Shown here one piece after another: positions 20,800-33,222 of a stretch of DNA of 56,609 nt. The position numbers were made by a program, and so were the translations under genes. Within the stretch, counting starts at the first letter, position 1; each line of letters opens with the position of its first letter. The stretch lies in contig NW_021163190.1 of NCBI RefSeq assembly GCF_004324835.1, positions 319,242 to 375,850 on the forward strand, written 5' to 3'. The DNA comes from Dendronephthya gigantea (Eukaryota). Below the pieces are notes generated by a model, which saw only the letters and a list, made by a program, of their open reading frames with translations, did not search any database and was not told where the DNA came from.

Positions 20800-21800
20800 G
20801 TTTAAAGGGCCTTAATTTCGAGTGGAATTAATTATACGCACTTCAAATTCGTATAGTCAATGTTTTTTTAATATACTAGACAGCAAGAATGTGATTAATT
20901 GCTTTGTAAAAGGGTTAATTTCTATGCTGAACGCGAAATAATTTTCACGACATCATTTTTAAATATGATTTCATCCCGTCCGTAAACTATATCGTAACTT
21001 TTCGGCCAGTTTAGGCCTCTGCATTAAATAAATACTTTAAAAAAAAAAAAACACGCCGCCGACAATTGCTGGGAACAAAATCACCCACAAATTTATGCTT
21101 ACAAAGAGCGCTATATGAAGGCTCTAACCCGAAAATTTACAGGGTGTATCAAAAAACTACAAGCCTAATAATTTCAAGGCGCCAACGATATTTTGTTGTT
21201 GAATAGAAGCGAACATATAAATGAATATTAGGTGTGGTTTTTTAACACCCTTTATATTCTTCCATCGCCTCTGGGTAAGTCTATGCTGACATTCAAATAA
21301 GACCTAGTATATTACGAAACAAACTAGTCCTTTATCATATATTATCATAAATTTTCAATGAAAATTTAATCGTTCACGTCAACCCGTCAATTCCACCGAC
21401 GAATTAGTTGGATAATTGAAATAATAATGAACTGCAATTAGATACTAATTGCTTGCATTAAAGAGATTTCTCACAACGTTTGCCGGTCAACAACGAACAG
21501 TCAAGTTCAAAGCGAATATCTTCGTACAATAATCACTTTGTTGTACCGAAATTCTTTGAAATCAACTTCACCATATTAGATGTATGTTATCGAAATGTTC
21601 CCGCCTACAATGTGAGGTTTAATCTTGCCGAAACGGTAACATTAAAGGCCTAATTTTTTCTTCAGATTTTCTTTGATTTGCAGTCCATCAAATATCAGAT
21701 CATATTCGACTAACCTTTTCCTTAATTGCGGTAAACTCGCTCTTGTTTTTTCCTTGATTTTCTTCTCCAATCTGCAAAAGTCATAAAAAATCAGTGTCAC
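20800..21800 (+). repeat. Dispersed repeat copy B
   Basis: See copy A. Confidence 0.7.
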
Positions 21801-22184
21801 GTAAACTCCGTGTTTTTGTTATTTTTATTAATGCTTAACGTAGATAATTCTTACGCTAATACTCTCTTGTGATAAATAAAGATTCTCTCTATTCCCCAAG
21901 ATGACGATGAGTGAAGTTATATGTTATTATTCGTATATCAAATACTCGAGTAGTTTTTTTTGTGGAATGCTTGGAATGCAGGAAAAAAGTAGTCGAAGAG
22001 TCGCTCAACGCGTGTTACAATGCTTCTTTTACAAAGTTTTGCTGCGGGTATAGGACCCTTCTAATGAAAATACACAAACTAGGTTATGTATTAAAACAAC
22101 TTCTTCGATTTTAAGCTTATTTATTATCCCCGCCTTCGTTTAATATCAGAGAGATATTTACCCTCATATTTGGCGCAAAGCGTG

Positions 22185-22615
22185 AAAATAACCTTTTTTA
22201 TCCCTCTGAAACGTCGAAAATGACCCTTTTTATCCCTCTGGAACGTCGAAAATAACCTTTTTTATCCCTCTAGGACGTCGAAAATAATCTTTTTTCCCTC
22301 TAAAACGTCGAAAATAGCTTTTTATCCCTCTGGAACGTCGAAAATAACCTTTTTTATCTCTCTAGAACGTCGAAAATAACCTTTTTTATCCCTCTAGAAC
22401 GTCGAAAATAACCTTTTTTCCCTCTAGAAGGTCGAAAATAACCTTTTTATCCCTCTAGAACGTCGAAAATAACCTTTTTTCCCTCTAGAACGTCGAAAAT
22501 AACCTTTTTTCCCTCTGGAACGTCGAAAATAACCTTTTTATCCCTCTGGAACGTCGAAAATAATCTCTTTTATCCCTCTGGAACGTCTGAAATGACCTTT
22601 TCTATCCCTCAGACT
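22185..22615 (+). repeat. Satellite of about 31 bp (tatccctctggaacgtcgaaaataaccttttt), about 13 copies
   Basis: Direct observation. Confidence 0.9.
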
Positions 22616-22619
22616 AGAC

Positions 22620-22990
22620 AATTCCTAAATTAGGGGCCGATTACATGGGTCATTTTCCACCCCGGGGCTGAGAACTTCAGAATAACAAATTCGCATTTTG
22701 TTTTCAGTCACGTGCGTAAATGGCACAACTACGCATGCTCGAATATCTTCAGCCCTACGTTGAAACGATTACATAACAAATTTTCAGCCCCGGGGCTAGT
22801 TTCACCCTAGGGTTGAGATTTCAGCTCGGGTGGCTCAGGCAGGGATGAAATTTCAACCCTGGGGCTGAAAATTTGTCATTTTTTTGAGGCTGTCACCCCC
22901 CCTGCCAAAATTTAGCAATATGGCGCGCGCGATATTGCTAAATTTTGGCAGGGGGTGACTGCCTCAAAAAAATGCACTTACTAAGTGACG
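22620..22990. repeat. Palindrome-rich segment. Three CAGCCCCGGGGCTG-type mini-palindromes, followed by a near-perfect ~93-bp palindrome centred on ggcgcgcgcg (~22880..22972).
   Basis: Arms gaggctgtcaccccccctgccaaaatttagcaatat / atattgctaaattttggcagggggtgactgcctc. Confidence 0.8.
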
Positions 22991-23394
22991 AATCATGACG
23001 AATCACGCTTACGAAAAAAGTACAGGAGTTCTACTTCTGTTAGGTATTCTGTGCCTGAAGGGAGGATATGAATTCAAGACTGTCGCTGATGTTTGCAATG
23101 GTGGAAAATTTTAATAAATTCAAATTGAAATGAGTATATTAAAGCATATCACAAATATAGTTTAGTGCGAGCTTGAATTTGTACTTTTTTTTCTTTGTAC
23201 ATTTCATTAAAATTTGAATCTAAACCTTAAAATGGTTGTAATGAGTTTAGGTTGGGCAAATCTTTAAACAACCTTATCAGGGATGATTATGTTGTTTAAA
23301 GGAATAATTTTAGCAAAAATTACCCGAATTTTGGTACAATTTGATGAAAAAATTTGCTAAACTCAACTTCTCTAGACTTAAATACCTCTAGAAG

Positions 23395-23512
23395 GCTAGC
23401 TGCCCCCGCTCGTATCACTCCCCCCCCCGTATCACTCCCCCCCCCGTATCACTCCCCCCGTATCACTCCCCCCCCGTATCACTCCCCCCCGTATCACTCC
23501 CTCAAGCGTTCC
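23395..23512 (+). repeat. C-rich 15-17-bp tandem repeat (CCCCCCCGTATCACT)n, about 7 copies
   Basis: Direct observation. The complementary strand carries G7 runs. Confidence 0.9.
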
Positions 23513-23529
23513 ACGCTTATGGGTAATTA

Positions 23530-23760
23530 GATATTCGACCCCGTTCTTCCCTGTTACACGGTGGATTTTTCTTCACGAGCGTGAAATACAATTCTACTTT
23601 TAAGAGATGTAAATTAGTGAAGAGTCTTGAAAATACGAGTATTGGACGCACGGTAATAACGTCGATGCAGTGTAATAAACACAAACGTTTCGTAGTTGCC
23701 ACATTTACATCTCTCAAAAGTACAGCAAGCTGCACAAAAATTGCATATATGAAACTGCAT
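23530..23760. mobile_element. Related GTTACACGGTG-TIR MITE
   Basis: Shares TIR and internal sequence with 27075..27305. Confidence 0.55.
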
Positions 23761-23796
23761 TAAAGCACGACTCATTTCTTTATCATTAGCATTATA

Positions 23797-23845
23797 GATT
23801 AGATTAGCATTAGATTAGATTAGATTAGATTAAATTTGTCATCTA
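23797..23845 (+). repeat. (GATTA)n-type microsatellite
   Basis: Direct observation. Confidence 0.9.
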
Positions 23846-23967
23846 GTACATTATTACTAGATGACAAATTTTTGTTTACAAAGAGCGCTATATCACGGCT
23901 CTAAGCCGAAAATTTACATAATTTCAAGGGGCCTACGATGTTCTGTTGTTGAATAAAAGCGAACATA

Positions 23968-24494
23968 CCGTAAATGATCGATTAAGCACCGCTACTCGAA
24001 TAAGCGCCGCTGTCGAATAAGCGCCGCACCTCAATAAAAAAAAATTAATAAGCGCCGCTATCGAATAAGCGCCGCGGCGCCTATTTAGGAAGATATAAAT
24101 AAACGCTAAAAAATGTAGAAATAAACGATTCTTTATTTAAACGCGTTAATCCTAACATTTAAACTATTTAGAACGACGGCCAGTATTGAAACTTTAAAGT
24201 TTTATTGTCGAATATCTCTTACAACCGGGCTCTTATGACAGTTCTGATAGGTTAAAACACTTCGGTATGTCGTCGATTCACCCTATATGCTGTGAACAGT
24301 TAGCGGAAATCATTAACCCAACTTCGCGCTTTCTTTTTCCTGTAACTTCTACCAAAAGTTTATTCCATTCATCGGCCTTCAGAAACTGATAATCTATTTG
24401 CTCACTTTGAAATAAGCGCCGCTGTCGAATAAGCGCCGCGTTTTTAAATCGATATTTGCAATGAGTGCCGCGGCCTTTAATCGATCATTTACGG
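23968..24494. mobile_element. TA-flanked non-autonomous DNA element (TIR CCGTAAATGATCGATTAA, internal cgaataagcgccgc repeats) inserted in repeat copy C
   Basis: TA at 23966-67 and 24495-96. The paralogous empty site in copy B reads gcgaacatataaatgaatat. Confidence 0.75.
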
Positions 24495-24988
24495 TATATG
24501 AATATAAGTGTCGTTGCAGCTACACCCTATATATTCTTCCATGGCCTCTGGGCAATACTGACAATCAAACGAGACCTGGTAGCTATATTATGAAATAAAC
24601 TAGTCCTTTATTTGTTACATAAAATCAATGAAAACTTCATTGTTCACTTCAACCCGTCACTTCCACCGACGAATTAGTTGGATAATTGAAGTAATAATGA
24701 ACCGTAATTAGATGCTAATTGCTCGCATTAAAGTTTGTAAAATGATTCATTTTGTCACAACGTTCGGCGATCGACAACGAACAGTCAGTTGAAAGCGAAT
24801 ATCTCCATTCAATATAATCTCTTTGTTGAACCGAAAATTTTCAATACGATTTCAAGTTTTTCTTGGCAAGTTTTATTTGCTCTTTCGTACGCGAAAAAAT
24901 TGACAAGTTTTCCTTGACAAGGAGCCTTGTTCAAAAGCTAGTCATGACTTCAAAAGCTTTTCAACAGGCAAAAATGCTCTTGTAACCG

Positions 24989-25500
24989 CGCAGTAGGGAA
25001 CAGCGCAGTAGGGAACAGCGCAGTGGGGAACAGCGCAGTAGGGGACAGCGCAGTGGGGAACAGCGCAGTAGGGGACAGCGCAGTAGGGAACAGCGCAGTA
25101 GGATACAGCGCAGTAGGATACAGCGCAGTAGGGAACAGCGCAGTAGGGAACAGCGCAGTAGGGAACAGCGCAGTAGGGAACAGCGCAGTTGGGAACAGCG
25201 CAGTAGGGGACAGCGCAGTAGGGAACAGCGCAGTAGGGAACAGCGCAGTGGGGAACAGCGCAGTAGGGGACAGCGCAGTAGGGAACAGCGCAGTAGGGAA
25301 CAGCGCAGTAGGGAACAGCGCAGTAGGGAACAGCGCAGTAGGGAACAGCGCAGTAGGGAACAGCGCAGTTGGGAACAGCGCAGCAGGGAACAGCGCAGCA
25401 GGGAACAGCGCAGCAGGGAACAGCGCAGCAGGGAACAGCGCAGTAGGGAACAGCGCAGTAGGGAACAGCGCAGTAGGGAACAGCGCAGTAGGGAACAGCG
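24989..25500 (+). repeat. 15-bp minisatellite (gcgcagtagggaaca), about 34 copies
   Basis: Copy A has a single copy of the motif at the orthologous site (~13530). Confidence 0.9.
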
Positions 25501-27074
25501 CAACAATCTTCGTGCCAATAGAACAGGTTTGTTTTCTTTTGAGGTTTTATCATTTCTGTTTGTTTGGAGATTCGGTCGTATACTCATTTTATCATCCCTC
25601 GTTTTATCGTAAATATACTCCTATTATTGTAAAACTTGTCAAGAAAAAAATGGTCAATTTTTTCGCGTAAACACAAGCAAATAAAACTTGTCAAGGAAAA
25701 CTTGCCCGTCTGTACGGGGCTTTATCAAAATATTCACGCCCACAATCTAACGTTAAATCTTGCCGCAGCCGTAAATGATGGTCGTACTAAACATTAAAAA
25801 AAAAGCCGGCGCGCACGAAAAATGTCACTGGTGAGCATTGGTGTCATGGTCAACCATTCATTTCAATGCATTGAAATGGTGTTAACAGGACAAGCTCACT
25901 ATCATCTGAGGTAAAGACCTCGCGAGGCTGTTAGTTCAGCAAGTTACTCTCGTGTGCGGATCGTTTTCGTGAGGAACTCGCCTCGAGAAGCAAGTTTCTC
26001 ACGTTTGTGGATAGATTTCGGGCGCACACTAGGCAACTAGTGACACGACTCGTGTGCACCGACATTTAAGGCATCAGATCATGATTGACTAACCTTCTGG
26101 CTAATTGTGGTATACTTGTCCTCGCTATTTCGTACTCTTTTATCTCCAATCTGCAAAAGCATTGAAAAAAATGTCACGTACAATTTCCCATTCGGTGTTT
26201 TTTATGGAGTATTGTCTACGCTTTCTGTCGGTGGAATGAATGTTCACAACCGCATCACCAGAATGGTATCAGATGACGTCGAGAAATTATATGAGCCTTC
26301 TGGTATTCGCCTTGTCTCGGTTATATTTGTATAATGAAGAAGGTTGGATTCCTTGGTATGTGAGAAGATAATTTAGAATAGCTTAAGGCGTTTAAAAAGG
26401 CTGCTTTCGCAGGAAGTTTTGCAAGAAGTGTACAGTCCTTCCAACCGGAACTGGTCAGTGAAAATGTACAGACGAGTTTATACATAAGACAACCTAATCA
26501 ATTTAAGGTTTTTGGGCAAAGGTGTTTGTACAAAACTGACTATTAAAATATTGTTTGTCGGTTCCATAATAAACGAAAGGCAGAACTTTAATATTATATG
26601 GGGAGATGCTTTGCGCCTGCATAGTTCTTTAAAATTTGTGCCTGAGTTCTGGGACGTTGAAAATGGCCTTTTTTCGCTATTAGGCAGCAGTTCTTCACTA
26701 TAATGAATAATAAAACCATACCACAAATATAGTAAAGTGCGATCTTGAATTTTTACATTTTTATTGTGTACATGCATTTACCGTATCTATTCGTTTGAGG
26801 TCCACCGAACGACTAAATTCGGTATTCAATATTTGAATCCGAAATGAATTTGTATCATTCACATAAGAATCGGGACATGAAAAGTTCAAAGTCTGAAACA
26901 GGGCTTGCGAGCGTGCATGCGAGAGCTTGAATTTGTAGCCTTTGAGCGCCGCCGCAAGTTCTAAAAATTTAAACAGCACCGCTGTTCTGAAACGACTAAA
27001 TACGGTATATAATACTTGAATCTCAAATGATTTCAACTTGCCCAACTTTTCTAGATTTAAATATTTACGCTTAG

Positions 27075-27305
27075 GGGTAATTAGATATTCGACCGGCGTT
27101 CTTACAGGCTGGTTTTTCTTCACGAGCGTTCAATACAATTCTACTTTTAAGAGATGTAAATTAGTGAAGAGTCTTGAAAATGCGAGTGTTGGAGGCACGG
27201 TAATAACTTCGATGCAGTGTAATAAAACACAAACGTTTCGTAGCTGCCACATTTACATCTCTCAAAAGTACAGCAAGTTGCATAAAAATCGCACCTTATG
27301 AAATC
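27075..27305. mobile_element. Related GTTACACGGTG-TIR MITE
   Basis: About 90% identical to 23530..23760. Confidence 0.55.
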
Positions 27306-27755
27306 GCCTCAAAGCACGACTCATTTCCTTATCATTAGCATTATATAATTACTGGATGCTGATTGGTCGAGGGTGGTACGGTCATTTCATTAATTACAGA
27401 GCAATACAATTAATGATTTTGTCAAAATAAACAAAATGGCGGAAAAAACAGCTTTGGGCAAACTAAATAAAACACCGCCAGATAGGTAAACAAAAATACT
27501 GCAAAAAGTACAAAATATTAGATAAGTCTAGAAAAGATGTATTTTTACAAATAACTATCGTGTTTGCATTGTAAATTGGATAGTATTCATGCTGATATTA
27601 AACAAATTATCAAGCGATTTTGCTGGCATATTTCGGGGTTCATAGACTAATAATACTCGAGTTGTTTGAAATTTTGTTTAAATTTATCGTTCAATTTTTC
27701 AAAAATTTTCAAACATCGCTCCCACTATTAGTTCGAGAATCACATGATACAACTA

Positions 27756-27921
27756 GGGATGGATTTCCTCTTGTAGAGAAATTGCTTGCTATCGAAATAT
27801 TTGCATATATTTTCTTTTGAATTTTAACAGCATATAAATAGCTACATTTGTTCAACTTCAATTTAAAAGAAAATATGCAAATATTTCGCAAACGAAGCAT
27901 TTCTCTACAAGTGGAATCCAG
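27756..27921. mobile_element. Tourist-like MITE family member (gggatggatttcctcttgtagagaaat ... atttctctacaagtggaatccag)
   Basis: TIRs. The internal gcatattttcttttgaattttaacagcat...aaaagaaaatatgcaaatatttcg is shared with 46610..46778. Confidence 0.55.
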
Positions 27922-29630
27922 ACAAGGTCATAATTATTATTTAAACCCAAAAATATCCGACCGTCATATTACTGTTTATTTTTTTACGCCATTCGAAGCA
28001 CAAATATACTTTCTTACCGGTTGTCTCACAATATTCCTCTCTGTGTCAATCACAGATGATCATGTTTTAAATTAATAATTGATCATAAAATCTATATTAT
28101 AATCGAGTCTTGAATAAAAGATTGAAAAATTAAATATTTTGAAAGTCATTTAAAGTTCTAGTCTTAACTAAATATGCTACGATTCAAAGGAATAAATTAG
28201 TCAAAAGATAGATTCTGCGATGTTCAATTCTTACTGTCCGAACTAAACGACAACACTAAAAATGTTTAAAACGCCTGAACGATCTTGACATTATAAATTT
28301 CCCTGCCTAAACTACAAAGTAAAAACAACTCCAAAAACTACAAGCAAGCAAGCTAAATTTCAATAACTGGGACCCAGGTTATGTTATACGTTTCACCTAT
28401 CGTAGATGTGTTCAATTGTGATTGGACGATGAAGGGACCTAATAAAACTGTCTTTATTCAAATATTTAAAGCTTCTTCGGTTCTTACAGCAATTGACACA
28501 TAATCAACACAAAATTAGCGATTTTAAAAGCTGTTAAGCCCTTCTAAATGCACTTTGTTTCAACGGCACTTGAATACGAACGAACACGCGCTGTCTGCCT
28601 GCCCTGAAATAATTATAAAATTAACTTGTAAAAGCCTTCCCCCCTGCTACGAAAGGCGATACTTAGACTAAACTTTATGTCTCAAAACAATCACGTATAG
28701 ACATTTCCTCAATTATTATATGTATTTTATAGTTTTCACTGCAACGTAATATTGACCAAATCCATTTCAAGTCAATGATTAATTTCAAATGTAACAAAGA
28801 TGTATACTGTTGTTATGTTAGAGATACAATATATTGATATAAATAACGTGCATATAAAGCTATTCATACCCCCACGATTAACGATAAGTATTCTATATAC
28901 ATTACCGGATAATTTTGGACAGCCATTCGCAAAGGTTAAAGATAATATCAGAATATATCTCGCACAATATAAAAGAACCAATTTCTAATTATGTGTATAT
29001 ATCATAACAATCTGACAATCGTGACGTCTACCGGTTACAGATGACAGGGTAATTTTAATATATGCATTGCATCACCTCTATGCAGACATTTATATGACTA
29101 TAAATATAAAACGCTTTCCATGACAGCATCAAAACAAACGTAAAGCAAGTAATTCTCAATCGAGTAAATAGCAACTCTCGCTGTCAATGCAGCAAAGGAA
29201 TTTCCATTACTGCTTCAGCGAGCAATTTTCTAGATAATAACACCACTTTGAATCAAAAAGCAAAGCAATCTCCATGCCTTGCTATCTTTTTAAAAATAGT
29301 CTTCTTTGAGACCGTTGTATACCGACTGATATTAAAGCACAAGGAGTTTCCAACGGCCTTCTCATGGTCGAGATCATGGTATCATAGAAAATTTTTCGTG
29401 TTTGCATAAACGAGATGCGGCCTAAATATACTCGCTTTTGATGCCCTTCGGAGGTTGCTTGAGTTTATTTTTGTTAAGGATCTGTTGTTTCGCGTCTTTG
29501 GTGCGCAGCAGGGATAATTTGAGAGCATTTCCGCTGTTATATATTTGATATCGGCTGCCGAAAAACCTCGTGGAACGTGGAACAAGACGAAGAAGAGAGC
29601 GCGGGGAAAATTTTAAGAATGACGTGTACT

Positions 29631-30240
29631 GTCTAGAACTGTCTAGAACTGATAGAGCTATCCAGTAGAAATAAAGTTAGTTTAGTTTAGGTTTCCTCCT
29701 GTAGTAACACTGGATCAATAAGAGATGATCCTTACTGGACCTCTAGGAAGAACAGTTTAGAACTGATAGAGCTATCCAGTATAAATAAAGTTAGTTTAGT
29801 TTAGGTTTCCTCCTGTAGTAACACTGGATCAATAAGAGATGTTCCTTACTGGACCTCTAGGAAGATCAGTTTAGAACTGATAGAACTATCCAGTATAAAT
29901 AAAGTTAGTTTAGTTTAGGTTTCCTCCTGTAGTAACACTGGATCAATAAGAGATGATCCTTACTGGACCTCTAGGAAGAACAGTTTAGAACTGATAGAAC
30001 TATCCAGTATAAATAAAGTTAGTTTAGTTTAGGTTTCCTCCTGTAGTAACACTGGATCAATAAGAGATGATCCTTACTGGACCTCTAGGAAGAACAGTTT
30101 AGAACTGATAGAGCTATCCAGTATAAATAAAGTTAGTTTAGTTTAGGTTTCCTCCTGTGGTAACACTGGATCAATTACTGGACCTCTAGGAAAAACAGTT
30201 TAGAACTGATAGAGCTATCCAGTATAAATAAAGTTGGTTT
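29631..30240 (+). repeat. 114-bp satellite, about 5.4 copies
   Basis: Period counted as 114. Unit: cagtttagaactgatagagctatccagtataaataaagttagtttagtttaggtttcctcctgtagtaacactggatcaataagagatgatccttactggacctctaggaagaa. Confidence 0.9.
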
Positions 30241-30510
30241 ACCATAATTGGAGTAAGTACTCTGTGGGGTTGCCTGTCGCTTGCGACCAAGTTTATAAAT
30301 AAATAAATAAGTTCAGGTTTCCTCCTGTAGTAACCTGGATCAATAATAGATGATTGTCAAAAAGGTTTCTTTCATGGAAATACCCAGCGGCCGGTTACAT
30401 AAAACTCTTAACTTCATTTTCAGCGATTAAATCTAAGTTAACCGGCAAATGTACACTCTTCTTTGGGAATTCTAGCCAGCGCTAAAAGTTAGCTATCGTT
30501 TTAACAATCT

Positions 30511-30751
30511 GGGCCTGGTTGTATCAAGCCCGTTTAGCTTAAACGGTGAATAAGTTTAAAATAGAAAGCAAGTCTATCGTTTTATTCAACAAGCAAACTA
30601 AATGTTTTTAACCTTAATACAAAGATACTGTTTACAACTACATATTCAGTGCATAATATTCAAGTTGAGTCATTCAAGAGAGATGTAAGAGTGTTATTTA
30701 ATTTTGACTTATCCGCTGTTTAAGCTAAACGGGCTTGATACGACCGGCCCC
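30511..30751. mobile_element. GGCCGGTTGTATC-TIR MITE
   Basis: About 40-bp TIRs; the internal sequence is shared with the other copies. Confidence 0.65.
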
Positions 30752-32105
30752 TGACCAGGTGTTCAATTCAAGAGTTGCATGTTTGGACAGGATATGCAAC
30801 ATATGGCCCACGTTAAAATGCATAAGCCGTGAATATAGGCACTTAATATTAACAACAAAATGTTGGGCGATCTTTTCCATGCACGGCTGAACGAAAGCCT
30901 TCGCAGGAAGACAGCAACGCTTGCATGTAGTTTTACGATTCTTTTAAACTATGAATGTTGTTGTCACTTGTTAGAGCAGCCATGCAATGCAGCTTCATAT
31001 ATATAAACAAATCGATCTGATTTGCTTTCAACTCGCAGTAAAAGTTACAAGAGCAGCTCATGGGTATCAGGAAAGGTCGAAAGATTGCGACAAACGATTG
31101 AAGTTTGCATTTAAAGCGATTAATCTGCTTTCCTAGAAGACGATACAGCGATTATTATATTTTTAAAAACAGTTTGTATTAATTTCTTTGGCGGGAAAAG
31201 TATTTGTATGTAAACACGCGCATATTAGCCACAATTTGCGAGTCTCAGAAATTCGTTTAGAATACGGAATTTTGCATTCAAACAATTGAAACAAACTAAA
31301 ATATATTTGCCGCCGAATAAATAGAACTAGCTTTGCAACTGAGCGAGGAGGACTAACGAGTAACGAGCAAGTTCCTTTAAGTTCGTTCCACGAACCACTA
31401 GTGTATGGCGCGTTTACATTTGTCGGATATTTGAACAAAGTGTCTTTCATATATATAATAAACTCGCGTAACCTTGGCTAAATGAATTATGCTATACCCG
31501 TAATCTACAATAACAACAACAAACTCATTCAAATCGCAAACACCATAAATCCTGTGGTTCATAGCACGAGTTCTTTGGTGTATCGACATGACACGATGTT
31601 TGAAGTGTTTTCATACGATACACGCAATAACATCGGTTATAATTTCACAACACAGTGATTTTCAATCAAAATACCTCAGATAAACCGCCTGAACGCCTTC
31701 CAGCCGTCGGGAACAACTCCGAAGCATCTATTAGACGTATTTCAATAAAATATCCCGGTCGCTTACCTTAAATAGTGGTTGATTTTCGAAACAGGCATCT
31801 CTAATGAACTCTGATCCCCATTACACGTCTTCAAGCGATTTGTCTCGTCATGCAAATTTCGTCTTTTATACTTTTAGTTAATTACATACCAGAAGCTACG
31901 GGAAGTCAACGTTGATTGACAAATGGCTCGCAAATGATGACAGATTGCTCTAAGAGCGTATATCCCGTCAATGAGTTAACACGCGTCGTTGGTGAATTGC
32001 CAAGTTGTGGAAATTCAAAAAGGTGAAAGGCTATTATAAAGACGTGATTGTCGCATTTCTCGACCACATACACTACTGAGCTGTTGATGATTAAACGTTT
32101 ACGTT

Positions 32106-32412
32106 TTCTCCTGTAGTAACACTGGATATTGAAGAGATGATCCTTACTGGACGTCTAGGAAGAACAGTTTAGAACTGATAGAGCTATCCAGTATAAATAA
32201 AGTTAGTTTAGTTTAGGTTTCCTCCTGTAGTAACACTGGATCAATAAGAGTTGATCCTTACTGGACCTCTAGGAAGAACAGTTTAGAACTGATAGAGCTA
32301 TCCAGTATAAATAAAGTTAGTTTAGTTTAGGTTTCCTCCTGTAGTAACACTGGATCAATAAGAGATGATCCTAGCTAAACCTCTAGGAAGAGCTATATCC
32401 AGTATAAATATT
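32106..32412 (+). repeat. 114-bp satellite, about 2.7 copies (left arm of an inverted pair)
   Basis: Same unit. Confidence 0.9.
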
Positions 32413-32794
32413 GTTGTGATTAGTTTTAAGTGCTCAAGTAGGTGACAAAGTCTTTAAACAGTTTAGCAATGCAAATTTTTAGCGGAAAAGGTTTATCATT
32501 TTCTGTCCATAAAACACCAGAAAGGCTGCGCGTTTCCTTTGCTGTGCAATCGTGTTTAGCCTCTTTGCGTTCTGACGGAGAAGGGAAATTCCTAGCTTTA
32601 TACTTCCATATTTGACAAGTTCCTAACCGACCCAGAAACGTCATTTTTTTGTTCTTGCGTTATAACATTGAAAACGAAATTGATCTGACGTTTATTAGTT
32701 GACTGCTAGTGGTTTTCAAATCACTGAAATTGACATTCGGATATGATTAATCGGCTTAGAGTAGAGAAGATATATATTAGATTAACCGCATTAG

Positions 32795-33222
32795 AGGTTC
32801 GGTAAGGATCATCTCTTATTGATCCAGTGTTACTACAGGAGGAAACCTAAACTAAACTAACTTTATTTATGCTGGATAACTCTATCAGTTCTAAACTGTT
32901 CTTCCTAGAGGTCCAGTAAGGATCATCTCTTATTGATCCAATGTTACTACAGGAGGAAACCTAAACTAAACTAACTTTATTTATACTGGATAACTCTATC
33001 AGTTCTAAACTGTTCTTTCTAGAGGTCCAGTAAGGATCAACTCTTATTGATCCAGTGTTACTACAGGAGGAAACCTAAACTAAACTAACTTTATTTATAC
33101 TGGATAGCTTTATCAGTTCTAAACTGTTCTTCCTAGAGGTCCAGTAAGGATCATCTCTTATTGATCCAGTGTTACTACAGGATGAAACCTAAACTAAACT
33201 AACTTTATCTATACTGTTATAA
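32795..33222 (-). repeat. 114-bp satellite, about 3.8 copies in inverted orientation (right arm)
   Basis: Reverse complement of the unit. Confidence 0.9.

Larger units (their letters stand above)
14600..21800 (+). repeat. Segmental duplication block 2
   Basis: See block 1. Extra insertions at 14960..15190, 15612..15855, 16408..16602, ~16620..17520, 18058..18272 and 18644..18883. It lacks the insertions at 9018..9275, 10620..11640 and 12523..12735. Confidence 0.8.
23870..26575 (+). repeat. Dispersed repeat copy C
   Basis: See copy A. Contains a MITE at 23968..24494 and a 15-bp array at 24989..25500 that are absent from A and B. Confidence 0.75.
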
